From the IMG/VR virus record IMGVR_UViG_3300018031_000009, positions 1 through 50,152 of that record: a DNA stretch of 50,152 nucleotides; one strand, written 5' to 3'. The notes beneath the pieces were generated by a model. That model was not told the DNA's origin. It ran no database searches and saw only the letters and a program-made list of their open reading frames with translations. Every line of letters starts with the position of its first letter. Positions within the stretch are counted from its first letter, which is position 1. Shown one piece after another: positions 1-10,331 of this stretch. This DNA comes from a virus (taxonomy: Duplodnaviria > Caudoviricetes). The translations under genes were made by a program, and so were the position numbers.

Positions 1-2
1 AG

Positions 3-3000
3 AAGACCGATTTCCAGAAACACGCCGTCGCGCTCGACGGCGGGAAGTCGGACCCGTACTGGTCGAACGACGAGGAGATGTTTGCGCGCGCGTGGGAGGG
101 CTTCGTCGGCGACCTGCTCGGCAAGACCCGTTCCGTGGTCGGCGAGGAGGGGCCGCTACGCCCAGCGATCAACAACTACCTGGTCAACCCGGCGTGGTCC
201 GGCGACGGGCGGGTCAAGCCGCCGATGTACCGCGGCATGCCGTATCCGGCCGGCGCGGAGCGCCAGCGGTTTGCCACCTACTTCGCCGCCCTCATCAAGT
301 CCCTGCGCTGGGACGACGCCAAGGGGTTCTCGGTTGACGCCGCTGCCTGGGAAGAGGCTCGCCCGAAGGAGCAAGAGGCGTTCGAGGCCGCGAAGAAGCA
401 CTACTCTGACCAGGCCGACGAGCTGCTCCGTCTGGTCGAGCAGGAGCGCACGGCCGCCCTCCAGGCCAAGGATCAGGCTCGCCAATACGAGCTTGAAGAG
501 GTCCGCCGCCGCGCCGAAGAAGCGCGTCTGGCCGAAGAGGCGCGCAACGCGCCGCCGCCCGAACAGCCCCAGAACGCCGTCCTCCTCGACGACGAGATCG
601 ACAAGTTGATCGACGAGTCGATCGCCCGCACCGAGGAGAAGAAGCAGGAGAAGCCGAAGGAGGATGTTGCTGACGCCGTCCGCGCCACCGACACGGCCAG
701 GGCCGACGCGGTGAAGAAGACGGCGGGCGAGATCGCCGCCAAGGCCGCGACCGAGGGCGTCAAGGGCCTCGACGAGACGATGGCGGGCCTGGTCGAGCTC
801 TTCGGCGGCAACGCGCTCAAGAGCTTCCCGGCCGGGCTCGACAAGGAGACCTACGCCAAGGCGAAGCCGCACTTCCAGAAGGCGCTCGAGCACTTCCAGG
901 CGGCGGGCAAGGCCATCAAGGACTTCATCGACTTCATCGTCACCAACTTTGGCGCCGGCATCAAGCCCTACCTCGCGTTCTTCATCAAGGAGAAGAATCT
1001 CACCGCCGGGCTCGGCGAGCAGAAGAAGACCTCGAGCTCGATGCGGGTCGCGGAGGTGGTTGCCGAGCTGCTCAAGACCGGCAAACCGTTCGATGAGCGC
1101 GTTTTGTACTCGTCTATGGAGATGGAGTTCGGTGGCACCGCCGCCGAAGGCAAGTTCACCCCCAAGGACGCCTATGACGCGATGGAGATGGGTGTCAACC
1201 TCTACGTCCGCTCGAAACGCATGTCCCCGACCCTCCAGGTCGCGCTCGCCGTGGGCGACATCGCCGGCCTTGTGCGCCTGGTCGAGCAGCTCCCGACCCA
1301 GACCCGCCGCACCGGGGAAACCGACGAGTTCCAGCAGTTCTCGACGCCGCCGGCCTACGCCTACCTGGTCAACTGGCTCGCGAACATCAAGTCCGGCGAC
1401 CAGGTGCTTGAGCCCTCCGCTGGCGTCGGCGGCCTGGCGATCTTTGCCGAACAGGCGGGCGGCCGGCTGATCCTGAACGAATACTCGGCGCGCCGCGCCG
1501 CGCTCCTGCGCGAGATGTTCCCGGGCCGCCCGATGTTCACCGAGGACGCGGCGCAGCTCCACAACATCCTCCCCGACGACATCCGGCCCGGCGTCGTGGT
1601 TATGAATCCGCCGTTTTCCTCGACCGCTGGGCGCATTGAGGGCCACCGCGACAGCGCCGAGGGCCTCCAGCACATCAGTCAGGCGCTCCTCATGCTCGCC
1701 GATGGCGGCCGTCTGGTTGTCATCATGGGCGAAGGTATCAACGCCCCGTCGCGCGCCGCCTGGTGGGCCGACGTCCGCAAGAAATACACCGTCCGGGCCA
1801 ATGTCACGGTATCTCGTGACGTTTACCGCAAGTACGGTACTACCTTCCCGACCGTCCTGGTCGTGATCGACAAGGTCGGCCCGCACCAGGGCACGACCGT
1901 CACTGGCGACATCGCCAAGCTCACCGACGCGCCCGCCACCCTGGTCAACGTCCGCGACTCCCGCGGCGTAGCCGTCGAGGGCCAGGCGCCCACCACCCCC
2001 GTAGCCCCGCCCGCGGACCCCATCGAGCAGGACAAGCTGCCCGCGCCGGTCGAGCCCGCGGCGCCGGCCGAGAAGTCCGACGTCAAGATCGAGCGCGCCG
2101 AGATCGAGCGCGCGCTTGGCGCCATCAGCGATGCGCTCTACGACCCGTACAGCCCGCAGAAGGTGCGCGTCGAGGGCGCCCTTCCGCATGCCGGAAAGCT
2201 CGTTCAGTCCGCGTCGATGGCTGCCGTCGAGCCGCCGGACCCCACCCACACCCCGAATCTCCCCGAGAAGACCATCAAGGGCTTCACGATCGAGGTCGAT
2301 GGCGAGACCATCCGGGGCGGTATCTCCCTTGCGCAGCTCGAGGCCGTGGTCTACGCCGGCCAGGCGCACGAGCAGTTCCTCCCTGGCAATATCCGCCGCG
2401 GATTCCTGATCGGCGACGGCACCGGGGTCGGCAAGGGCCGCGAGATTTCCGCGATCATCCTGGACAACATGCGCCGTGGCCGGAAGCGGGCCGTCTGGTT
2501 TTCGGAGAAGCAAACCCTGGTGAACGACGCGCGGCGCGACTTCCGCGACGTCGGCGGGGACGAGAAGCAAATCTTCAACCTCACCACAGAGTACGAGGCC
2601 GGGATGCCGGTGCGCCACAAGGCGGGCGTCCTGTTCTCGACGTACGACACCCTGCGCTCCGGCTACCAGCCGATCGGCCGCAAGCCGAAGAAGGAGAAGC
2701 CCGGCGACGAGAAACTCACGCCGGCCGAACAGGCGAAGGCCGAGGCCAAGAAGCTCGCCGCTCTCCAGAAGAAAGCGCGCATCGACCAGATCGTGCAGTG
2801 GCTGGGCGAGGACTTCGACGGCGTCATCGTCTTCGACGAGGCGCACAATATGGCGAACGTGCTGCCCGAGGAGGGTGGTATGTTCGGTGGCGACGCCTCC
2901 CTCAAGGCGATGGCCGGGCTCGACCTCCAAAAGCGGATGCCGCAGGCCCGGATCCTCTACGTCTCGGCGACCGCCGCGACCGAGGTGCGCAACCTCGTCT

Positions 3001-6000
3001 ACGGCTCGCGCCTGGGCCTCTGGGGCGAGGGCACGCCGTTTGCCGGCCCCGCCAACTTCGTGGCCGAGGTCGAGAAGGGCGGCGTCGCCGTCATGGAGAT
3101 GGTCGCCCAGAACCTCAAGGCGCTCGGCCTCTACATCGCCCGCTCGCTGTCGTTCGACGGCGTCCAGCACGACACTATCACCCACGACCTGAGCGAGGTC
3201 CAGCACGACATCTACAACGAGTTCGCGCGCGTGTGGCAGGGCGTCCTACAGAACATCAACGAGGCGCTCAATGTCACGAAGGCCACCGGCTCGCGCGCCG
3301 CGGCCATGAAGCGCAGCGTCTTCTGGGCGGCGCACCAGCGGTTCTTCAACTCGGTGCTGACGTCGTTCGCGATGCCCTCGGTGATCGAAGACGCCCAGAA
3401 GCAGCTCGCCGCCGGTCACTCGCCGGTCTTCCAGCTCGTGAGCACGGGCGAGGCCGCCACGGAGCGCGCCGTCGCCAAGGCCGAGGCTGCCGGGGAAGAC
3501 CTGAACGACCTGGACGTCACGCCGATGGACTCGCTGATCGAGTTCATCATGAATGCGTTCCCGGTCCAGCAGTTCGAGACCACGATCGGCGAAAACGGCA
3601 AGCCGGTGCAGACCCCGGTTTACGGCTCCGACGGCAATTCGGTCATCAACAAAGAAGCCCAGAAGATGAGGGACGACCTGGTCAAGCACCTCGAGACCAT
3701 CCGCCAGGCGAACCCGGTTCCGAATCCGATCGACATGGTCATCGAGGCGTTTGGCGAGGACAACGTCTCCGAGATCACCGGCCGCAGCCGCCGGTTCGTG
3801 CGTGTGCGCGACGAGGAGGGCAACTACAGGATGCGCGAGGAGAAGCGCACCGACAAGATGCTCTCCTCTGACGTCAAGGACTTTCACAACGGCAAGCGTC
3901 AGGTGCTGGTGTTCTCGAACAAGGGCGGGACCGGCGTGTCCTACCACGCCTCGAACACCATCAAGAACAAGGCGCGCCGCTACCACTACCTCATCCAACC
4001 GGGCTGGCGCGCCGACCAGGCCCTCCAGGGCTTCGGCCGCACGCACCGGACCAACCAGGCCAATGCGCCGTTCTACAAGCTCGTGACGACCAACGTCCAG
4101 GCGCAGAAGCGGTTTATCTCCTCGATCGCCCGCCGTCTCGACCAGCTCGGGGCGCTGACGATGGGCGAGCGCCGCACTGGCGGCCGGGGCCTGTTCTCGT
4201 CCGAGGACAACCTGGAGTCGAAGTACGCTGTCGACGCGCTACAGGTCTTCTTCACGGACCTCAACCAGGGCCGCACGCCGTTCCAGATCAAGGCGCTTCT
4301 GACGGAGCTCGGCCTGGCCGAGAAGATGAACAAGGACACCGGGTCCATCAACTCCCAGCAGGTCCCGATCACGCAGTTCCTCAACCGGCTGCTCTCGCTC
4401 ACCATCGAGCGCCAGAACCAGGTGTTCGAGGAATACTTCGCCCGCCTGGACGAGATCGTCGAGAATGCCAAGGCCCAGGGGACCTACGACATGGGCGTCG
4501 AGGTCATCAAGGCGCTGGAGACGAAGATCGAGCGCGACGAGGTCGCGCACCGGGACGAGCGCACGAAAGCCGAGGCCAAGTACGTCGAGCTCGAGCTCAC
4601 CCTCCCGCAGCACTTCACGTCGTTCGAGAACGCCAAGGGGCAGCTCTACTCGATGCACGACAAGGCTGCTGGCTACTTCATCCTCCGGCACCACAGCAAG
4701 CCCGACCGCGTCGTCGCTCTCATCGACCGCGGCCAGCGCATGAACACGAAGGGCCAGCTCGTGCGGCGCGGCCTCATCATCCCCGTCTCCGGGACCCCGA
4801 AGTATTCCGACGCCATTCACGACTTCGGCGAGGCCGCCGAGGCCGAGAAGGGCCACAGCTCCAAGAGCGTCATCCGCAAGATCCAGGGCGAGAAGTTCGA
4901 GGGCGGACACATGGAGGAGCCGTTCGAGACCTCCTCCGGCTACGTCCGGCGCGTCGGCACCGGGCAGATTTCTCGCGTCCTCGACGAGAAGGGCCGCGAG
5001 GGCGTCGAGGCGATGCTCAACGAGCCCGGCCACGACGCGGGCTACCGCGCCGCAGCCCGCAAGCTCTGGGGGCGGATGCAGGAGTACATCAAGCCCGGCG
5101 AGGTCGATCGCCACTTCCCGCGCGTGTCCCGTATCGGCGGTAAGAAGCCGTCCGACGCGGACGTCCCTGCGGTCCGGGCTTGGCTCGACAACGGCCCGGC
5201 GCGCATCCTCTGGGAGGAAGAGACCGAGCGTACCTCGCCCACCTACGCCGACCGGCTGCACCTCATCACGGGGGCTATCCTCCCGGTCTGGGACCGGATC
5301 CACGGGCACCCCCGCGTGGTGCGGACCCAGACGTCCGACGGCCGTCGGCTGCTGGGCCGGGCTATCCACCCGAAGGACCTGGCGGCAACCCTCAAGGCGC
5401 TGGGCGTGGCGTCCGCCGCGCAGAACATGCCGGCGGCGAAGATCATGGAGCGGGTGCTGGCCGGCGACAGGGCGATCCTGGCGAACGGCTGGGAGCTCAC
5501 CATGTCCCGCGTCAGCGGCGAGCCGCGCGTCGAGATCAAGGGGCCGCCGAGCTTCCTCTATGGCGAGACGAAGAGCCTGCTCAAGTCTCAGGGCGTCATT
5601 CTCGAACGGCACGGATTCTCCGAGCGCGCCTTCGTTCCCGTAGGCGATGCCGCGGTGCTCGAGCGCATCACGAAGGGCCGCCCGGTTGTCGACCTCATCC
5701 AGAAGGGGGCCGAGGACGCCAACGCCCGCACCCCCGGCGCCCCGCGCGAACCCGCGGACGACATCGACTTCGCCCTCCGTTTCGCGTCTGATCCGCGCCA
5801 TGTGCTCGAGCCGGATCACGAGAGTCCGCGGGCACCCGCCGAACTAATTGACAGCCTCGGTCGCGATCTCGACCGCATCGCCGGCCTCAAGCCGGGAGCT
5901 AGCCCGCCGGGAACTTACATGACCGCGCCGCTCGCGGTCGGCATCAAGGAGATCGCCAGGGCGATGGGCGTCGGCGGCCAGGTGTTCGGCATTTCCACGC

Positions 6001-9000
6001 ACAACGCCCCCATCACCATCAACGGCGCGCGGCACGGCGGCAACATCTTCCTCAACGAGGCGTCCGACTCCCCGCACCTCCACACGTTCGGCCACGAGTT
6101 CGAGCACTTGATCGAGAGGGAGGCGCCCGACGTCCACAAGTGGTTCATCAGCGAGCTGGCGAAGTACGTCTCCCAGGAGCGGTATCTGGAGTTCATCGCT
6201 AAGTACGGCCCCCGCTATTTCAAAGGCGTCCTGGACGCACAGACCGGCGAACTGCGTCCAATGACGCCAGACGAGGCGCGCGAGTATTTCAAGAACAATC
6301 CCACCGCGCGCGGCGTCCTGCACAGCGAGTTCACCGCCGAGATAATGGGCGACTCGATGATGCAACAGGAGTTTTGGGACTACCTTGGGAGCCGCAATCC
6401 GTCGATGCTCCAGAGGGTCCTGGTGTTCCTGCGCCGGCTGGTCGAGCAGATCCGCCGCGCGTTCGGCGACGAGTCGCCGCGAAGCATGGACTACTACTTC
6501 AAAGACTTCGACCGCGTTGTGCAGCTCGCCGCCGAGGCGGCGCACCGCTTCCAGCAGCGCAAGGCGTGGCTGGGTGGCGAGACGCTGACCCAGGACCAGG
6601 TGTCGGAGGTGATCGACACCCTGCCGGCTGAGATAGTGGAGAGGGCGCTCGCCGGTGCCATCGTGCAGACGCAGCTCCAGCGACCGACGACGACCGTGGC
6701 GCCATCGCTTGGCGACCGAGCGCGCAACGTGGTTCGGACGATCGAAAACATCTTCGAGCCGCTGGGCAAACTGCCCGGCATTTCGGAGTTCCAGAAACGC
6801 CGCAACCTCGCCCAGGGCGCGATCTCGGCCATCAGCGATGCCGGGAAGGACCTGCACGCGGTTTTCACCGAGGCGACCGAGGCTGACGCCGCGGCGTCGT
6901 TCCGCTACCTCATCACCAAGGGCGCCGCCACGACGGTGATCGTCGACCCGAAGATCCGGGCGCACGCCGTAAAGGTGAAGGGCATGCTCGAGGGCGTGGG
7001 CGAACAGCTCGTCAAGGCCGGGATGCTCAAAAGGGAGACGTTCGAGAAGCGCCGTGGCGGCTACCTGCCGCAGCTCTACCTGCACTCGATTCTCTCCGAG
7101 TCCGACTACTCCCAGCTCGGCACCGGCAAGAAGCCCTCGAAGCTCGGCTATCTCAAGGCCCGCGGCTACGAGTGGGGCTTCGACGGCGATGGCGAGCTCC
7201 GCATCGTTGAGCGCAAGACCGGCAGGCCGGTCTCCGAGGACTGGATCACCCGCCACGGGCCGATCACCGACCCGGGCTACCTCACCGCCGTCGGCTTCAC
7301 GCGCGCGATGCGCGACCTGGCCTTACTCGACTGGTTCAACGACATCTCGAGGAACCGCGAGTGGGCGATGGAGAAGTCGCTGGTGCAGTGGGAGGGGCAC
7401 CGCGTCACCCCGTACTGGCTGCTCTCCGAGGCCGCGGATCTCCGTGCGCGGGCGTCCAAGACCGGGCCGGACTTCGCGAACCGCGTCAAGGTGCTCGACC
7501 TCGCCGGCCGGATGGAGGAGGTCGCCAACAGGGCGATCGGAGAGATCACGGTCTCGAGCGAGTGGATGCAGCTCCCGAATACCCGCCGCTATGGCCGCCT
7601 CCGCGGCATGGTCGTGCGTCGCGAAATCTACGACGACATTGTCGGCGTGGCGCACATCGTCCCGTCCGATGCCAGCCTTCCGGAAAAGATTTTCAGCTAC
7701 GGCGGCGTGGGCTCGAAGGTGACGGGCGTGTGGAAGCTGGTCAAGGTCCCGCTCAACCCGACCTCGCAGATTCGCAACTTCGTGGCGAACATGGTTCTGC
7801 TCAACCTCTCGGGGATGAGCTGGGTGCGGATCGCCCAGCGCATCGGCCAGGCCGCGAAGGAGATGCGGACCGGGGGCCGGCACTACCAGCTCTTCAAGCA
7901 GCGCGGCGGCTCGGCCAACACGTTCGCCGCGAACGAGCTCTACCAGATCGAGACGGAGATGCTCGACCTCCGGGCCAAGGCCAGCGGCCCCATGTCGCTC
8001 ATGCACTTCGCCGCCGTCGGCGCGAAGATCGTGAAGGGCGCCGGGGACTTTTATCAGGGCGTCGAGGCGCTGGGCAAGCTCGCGAAGTTCATCCACGAGC
8101 AGGAGAGTAACGAGGCTTCGGCCGACGACGCCATGCTCGAGGCGAACAAGTGGCTGTTCGACTACTCCCAGGTCGGCAAGACGCTGCGCTGGGCGCGCCG
8201 CGCGCCGATCGGCGCCCCGTTCCTGACTTTCACGATCAAAGTGCTGCCGCGCATCGTCGAGACGATGCTGCTGCACCCGCAGCGGATGATCCCCTATGTC
8301 GCCCTCGCCTGGGGGCTTCCCTACGCCATCGCCGCGCTGACCGGCGTTGACCCGGACGACCAGGAGGAGCTCAAGAAGCGCCTGCCCGAGCACTGGCAGC
8401 GCAAGGGCCACGTCTACATGCTGCCCTTCAAGGACGCGACCGGGCGCTGGCAGTTCGTCGACGTGTCGTACTACCTGCCCTGGTCGATGTGGCAGGAGGC
8501 GATCCACGAGCTCAAGAATGCCGAGCTGACTCAGGCCGCGAAGTCGCTGGGCCTGCTGTCCGGCCCGATCCCCGACCTGATGATTGCTGCGGCGACCGGG
8601 AAGGACCAGTTTACCGGCCGCGACATCGCCCCCGCGGGCGCGCCGCCGGACATCCAGTGGCTCGCCCGGCTGACCTACGTCATGGACATGGCCCTGCCGC
8701 CGATCATCTCGTCGCACGGGTTCGTGGGCATAGACCTCGGGGACCCGGTGAGCTGGATCTCCGGGAAGCTCACGGACGCCCTGAAAGAGAGCACTGCCCG
8801 CGGCGGCGAGCAGCGCACGACCGTAGGCCAGGCTGTCGCGGGCGCCCTCGGGGCCACCACGCGCGGCGTCGGCGAGGCCGACCTGGGCGCCAGGATCCGC
8901 CAGATGCGATTCGAGGTGAACGAGACGCGGAAGGAGCTGCGCCGGCAGCTCGCGGACCAGTCGCTCACGCCGGCCCAGCGCGAGAAGCTGACCCTCAAGT

Positions 9001-9077
9001 ACACCGACGAGATCATGCGCCGGCAGCAGAAGATCACCGAGCTGGTGGGCAAGGAATCGGCCGCCGAGGCGCGGTAG
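3..9077 (+). CDS. Giant polyvalent (DarB-like) virion/ejection protein, 5'-truncated by the window edge: LPD1 + amino-MTase + Strawberry-notch SF2 helicase + zincin-like peptidase + LPD38-like C-terminus
   Basis: Frame is open from base 3 (KTDFQKHAVALDGGKSDPYWSNDEEMFARAWE, LPD1-like). MTase motif I VLEPSAGVGG (~1404) and NPPF (1605-1616); Walker A GDGTGVGKGR (2412), DEAH (2835), YVSAT, QGFGRTHRTNQ; HEFEH (6093-6107) with downstream EFTAE; FDYS...PFLTF near the C-terminus. Confidence 0.85.
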   Translation, partial: KTDFQKHAVALDGGKSDPYWSNDEEMFARAWEGFVGDLLGKTRSVVGEEGPLRPAINNYLVNPAWSGDGRVKPPMYRGMPYPAGAERQRFATYFAALIKSLRWDDAKGFSVDAAAWEEARPKEQEAFEAAKKHYSDQADELLRLVEQERTAALQAKDQARQYELEEVRRRAEEARLAEEARNAPPPEQPQNAVLLDDEIDKLIDESIARTEEKKQEKPKEDVADAVRATDTARADAVKKTAGEIAAKAATEGVKGLDETMAGLVELFGGNALKSFPAGLDKETYAKAKPHFQKALEHFQAAGKAIKDFIDFIVTNFGAGIKPYLAFFIKEKNLTAGLGEQKKTSSSMRVAEVVAELLKTGKPFDERVLYSSMEMEFGGTAAEGKFTPKDAYDAMEMGVNLYVRSKRMSPTLQVALAVGDIAGLVRLVEQLPTQTRRTGETDEFQQFSTPPAYAYLVNWLANIKSGDQVLEPSAGVGGLAIFAEQAGGRLILNEYSARRAALLREMFPGRPMFTEDAAQLHNILPDDIRPGVVVMNPPFSSTAGRIEGHRDSAEGLQHISQALLMLADGGRLVVIMGEGINAPSRAAWWADVRKKYTVRANVTVSRDVYRKYGTTFPTVLVVIDKVGPHQGTTVTGDIAKLTDAPATLVNVRDSRGVAVEGQAPTTPVAPPADPIEQDKLPAPVEPAAPAEKSDVKIERAEIERALGAISDALYDPYSPQKVRVEGALPHAGKLVQSASMAAVEPPDPTHTPNLPEKTIKGFTIEVDGETIRGGISLAQLEAVVYAGQAHEQFLPGNIRRGFLIGDGTGVGKGREISAIILDNMRRGRKRAVWFSEKQTLVNDARRDFRDVGGDEKQIFNLTTEYEAGMPVRHKAGVLFSTYDTLRSGYQPIGRKPKKEKPGDEKLTPAEQAKAEAKKLAALQKKARIDQIVQWLGEDFDGVIVFDEAHNMANVLPEEGGMFGGDASLKAMAGLDLQKRMPQARILYVSATAATEVRNLVYGSRLGLWGEGTPFAGPANFVAEVEKGGVAVMEMVAQNLKALGLYIARSLSFDGVQHDTITHDLSEVQHDIYNEFARVWQGVLQNINEALNVTKATGSRAAAMKRSVFWAAHQRFFNSVLTSFAMPSVIEDAQKQLAAGHSPVFQLVSTGEAATERAVAKAEAAGEDLNDLDVTPMDSLIEFIMNAFPVQQFETTIGENGKPVQTPVYGSDGNSVINKEAQKMRDDLVKHLETIRQANPVPNPIDMVIEAFGEDNVSEITGRSRRFVRVRDEEGNYRMREEKRTDKMLSSDVKDFHNGKRQVLVFSNKGGTGVSYHASNTIKNKARRYHYLIQPGWRADQALQGFGRTHRTNQANAPFYKLVTTNVQAQKRFISSIARRLDQLGALTMGERRTGGRGLFSSEDNLESKYAVDALQVFFTDLNQGRTPFQIKALLTELGLAEKMNKDTGSINSQQVPITQFLNRLLSLTIERQNQVFEEYFARLDEIVENAKAQGTYDMGVEVIKALETKIERDEVAHRDERTKAEAKYVELELTLPQHFTSFENAKGQLYSMHDKAAGYFILRHHSKPDRVVALIDRGQRMNTKGQLVRRGLIIPVSGTPKYSDAIHDFGEAAEAEKGHSSKSVIRKIQGEKFEGGHMEEPFETSSGYVRRVGTGQISRVLDEKGREGVEAMLNEPGHDAGYRAAARKLWGRMQEYIKPGEVDRHFPRVSRIGGKKPSDADVPAVRAWLDNGPARILWEEETERTSPTYADRLHLITGAILPVWDRIHGHPRVVRTQTSDGRRLLGRAIHPKDLAATLKALGVASAAQNMPAAKIMERVLAGDRAILANGWELTMSRVSGEPRVEIKGPPSFLYGETKSLLKSQGVILERHGFSERAFVPVGDAAVLERITKGRPVVDLIQKGAEDANARTPGAPREPADDIDFALRFASDPRHVLEPDHESPRAPAELIDSLGRDLDRIAGLKPGASPPGTYMTAPLAVGIKEIARAMGVGGQVFGISTHNAPITINGARHGGNIFLNEASDSPHLHTFGHEFEHLIEREAPDVHKWFISELAKYVSQERYLEFIAKYGPRYFKGVLDAQTGELRPMTPDEAREYFKNNPTARGVLHSEFTAEIMGDSMMQQEFWDYLGSRNPSMLQRVLVFLRRLVEQIRRAFGDESPRSMDYYFKDFDRVVQLAAEAAHRFQQRKAWLGGETLTQDQVSEVIDTLPAEIVERALAGAIVQTQLQRPTTTVAPSLGDRARNVVRTIENIFEPLGKLPGISEFQKRRNLAQGAISAISDAGKDLHAVFTEATEADAAASFRYLITKGAATTVIVDPKIRAHAVKVKGMLEGVGEQLVKAGMLKRETFEKRRGGYLPQLYLHSILSESDYSQLGTGKKPSKLGYLKARGYEWGFDGDGELRIVERKTGRPVSEDWITRHGPITDPGYLTAVGFTRAMRDLALLDWFNDISRNREWAMEKSLVQWEGHRVTPYWLLSEAADLRARASKTGPDFANRVKVLDLAGRMEEVANRAIGEITVSSEWMQLPNTRRYGRLRGMVVRREIYDDIVGVAHIVPSDASLPEKIFSYGGVGSKVTGVWKLVKVPLNPTSQIRNFVANMVLLNLSGMSWVRIAQRIGQAAKEMRTGGRHYQLFKQRGGSANTFAANELYQIETEMLDLRAKASGPMSLMHFAAVGAKIVKGAGDFYQGVEALGKLAKFIHEQESNEASADDAMLEANKWLFDYSQVGKTLRWARRAPIGAPFLTFTIKVLPRIVETMLLHPQRMIPYVALAWGLPYAIAALTGVDPDDQEELKKRLPEHWQRKGHVYMLPFKDATGRWQFVDVSYYLPWSMWQEAIHELKNAELTQAAKSLGLLSGPIPDLMIAAATGKDQFTGRDIAPAGAPPDIQWLARLTYVMDMALPPIISSHGFVGIDLGDPVSWISGKLTDALKESTARGGEQRTTVGQAVAGALGATTRGVGEADLGARIRQMRFEVNETRKELRRQLADQSLTPAQREKLTLKYTDEIMRRQQKITELVGKESAAEAR

Positions 9078-9099
9078 GCGCGTCCCGCGCGCCCCGCGC

Positions 9100-9240
9100 G
9101 GAGCGTAAGTGCCTGATTACCCTGCCGTGTCCATTATAGTGGACATGCAGCGAGGTACTGGCAGTACATCGCCAGTCAGAAAAAACGCTATGTTTTTCTG
9201 ACAGTTATCTCTTGATGGTGGGCAGTTTTTTGACCGTTTC
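9100..9240. other. Putative attP region between the convergent polyvalent and integrase genes
   Basis: Lies at the int 3' end. IHF-like TAAGTGCCTGATT (9106-9118) and three inverted repeats: TGTCCA-N6-TGGACA, CGAGGTACTG-G-CAGTACATCG (9151-9171) and GTCAGAAAAA-N8-TTTTTCTGAC (9175-9202). Confidence 0.6.
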
Positions 9241-10185
9241 GACGAGACGTGCTGGGTAGAGGTGGGTGTATCTGCGCGTCGAGGCAAGCGATTGATGCGC
9301 CAGCGCGACGCCCACCTCGGCGAGCGTCGCGCCGCCGCTCAGGAGCGCGCTGGCGAAGCTGTGCCGGAGGTCGTGCGGCCGGACGTGCCGCAGGCCCGCC
9401 GTGTCTCGCGCGGCCCAGAACGCCTCGTAGTAGGCCGAGTCGGACCGCCGGAAGGGCAGGTAGGCGAGTGCCCAGCGCGCCGCCGGATGGACCGGGACCA
9501 TGTGCCGGACGCCGGTCTTGGCGATCCCGAGGTCTAGCCACGCCGCGCGCCCCTGGCGCACCACGGCGCCGGGCTCGAGCCGCAGGAGGTCCGACCGCCA
9601 GCGGAGCCCGGTGTAGAAGGCCAGCGTCCAGAGCGCCCGGTCCTCGGGCTCCATCGCCGCCATGAGGCGCTCGAGCTCGCCCGCGACCAGGTAGATGTGC
9701 CGCGCGTTGTTCGCCGCCGGCAGCCGCATGCGCGTCGCCGCAGCCCCGTCCCCGAGCCCGTGCTCCTTCCAGGCGTACCTGATGGACGCCCGGAGGTAGG
9801 CGAGCCGATTGCGCACGGTGCCGGGCGCGAGGGCGGGGTGCGCCGCGACGTACTGTCGGCAGATGTCGTGAAGTGCCGACATTGGCTTGCCCTGGAACCA
9901 GGGCAGGACGTGCGCGAGGTGCTGGGCGGCCTGTCGGCCGCCTTTTAGGTGCGGGAGCCGGTGCTCGATGTAGAGCGCGACCGCTTCGTCGATCGACGGC
10001 TCGTCGCGCTGGATCCCGGCCGCGATTGCCGTGAGGCGACCAGTCTCCACCCGCTCGAACTCGAAGGCTTGAGCTCGAGTCCACCCCGCAGGAAGCAGTT
10101 GATTGTGGCGGATACGTCGACCCGCGAGCGCGCGGCGTAGCTGGAATCGCCAACGCTTCTTTGCCTTGTCGAAATAGACCGGCAC
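9205..10185 (-). CDS. int: Tyrosine integrase
   Basis: Catalytic set TGLR, AKTG, HDLRH, LAH, RRYTH. Likely GTG start at 10185 (VPVYFDKAKKRWRF). Confidence 0.93.
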   Translation of the reverse strand: MPVYFDKAKKRWRFQLRRALAGRRIRHNQLLPAGWTRAQAFEFERVETGRLTAIAAGIQRDEPSIDEAVALYIEHRLPHLKGGRQAAQHLAHVLPWFQGKPMSALHDICRQYVAAHPALAPGTVRNRLAYLRASIRYAWKEHGLGDGAAATRMRLPAANNARHIYLVAGELERLMAAMEPEDRALWTLAFYTGLRWRSDLLRLEPGAVVRQGRAAWLDLGIAKTGVRHMVPVHPAARWALAYLPFRRSDSAYYEAFWAARDTAGLRHVRPHDLRHSFASALLSGGATLAEVGVALAHQSLASTRRYTHLYPARLVETVKKLPTIKR

Positions 10186-10331
10186 GCCGCTTTGAACGCC
10201 CTTACGTCCTGTTCCTCGAACTCTACCCGCCGCCCGATCCGTGTGCAAGCGAGCGGCCCGCGCGGCGCGGCGAGGTCGTAGACGGTCCTCGGCGCAACGC
10301 CGAGGATTTTCGCGGCGTCGGCGGCGGTCAC
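9945..10331 (-). CDS. xis: Excisionase / HTH_17-type recombination directionality factor
   Basis: TAADAAKILGVAPRTVYDL...RIGRRVEFEEQDV. GTG start overlaps the upstream TGA (GTGA); immediately upstream of int. Confidence 0.8.
   Translation of the reverse strand: MTAADAAKILGVAPRTVYDLAAPRGPLACTRIGRRVEFEEQDVRAFKAACRSISTRQRSVGDSSYAARSRVDVSATINCFLRGGLELKPSSSSGWRLVASRQSRPGSSATSRRSTKRSRSTSSTGSRT

Noticed and set aside
78-80. ATG at 78 as the start of the giant protein
   Set aside because: The frame is open to the window edge and this Met lies inside the LPD1-like motif.
156-8717. Long antisense ORFs (1016, 526, 470 and 464 aa) opposite the polyvalent gene, with similar ones opposite terL, portal and helicase
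   Set aside because: Shadow ORFs expected from high-GC codon bias; no motifs or RBS, and they fully overlap well-supported genes.
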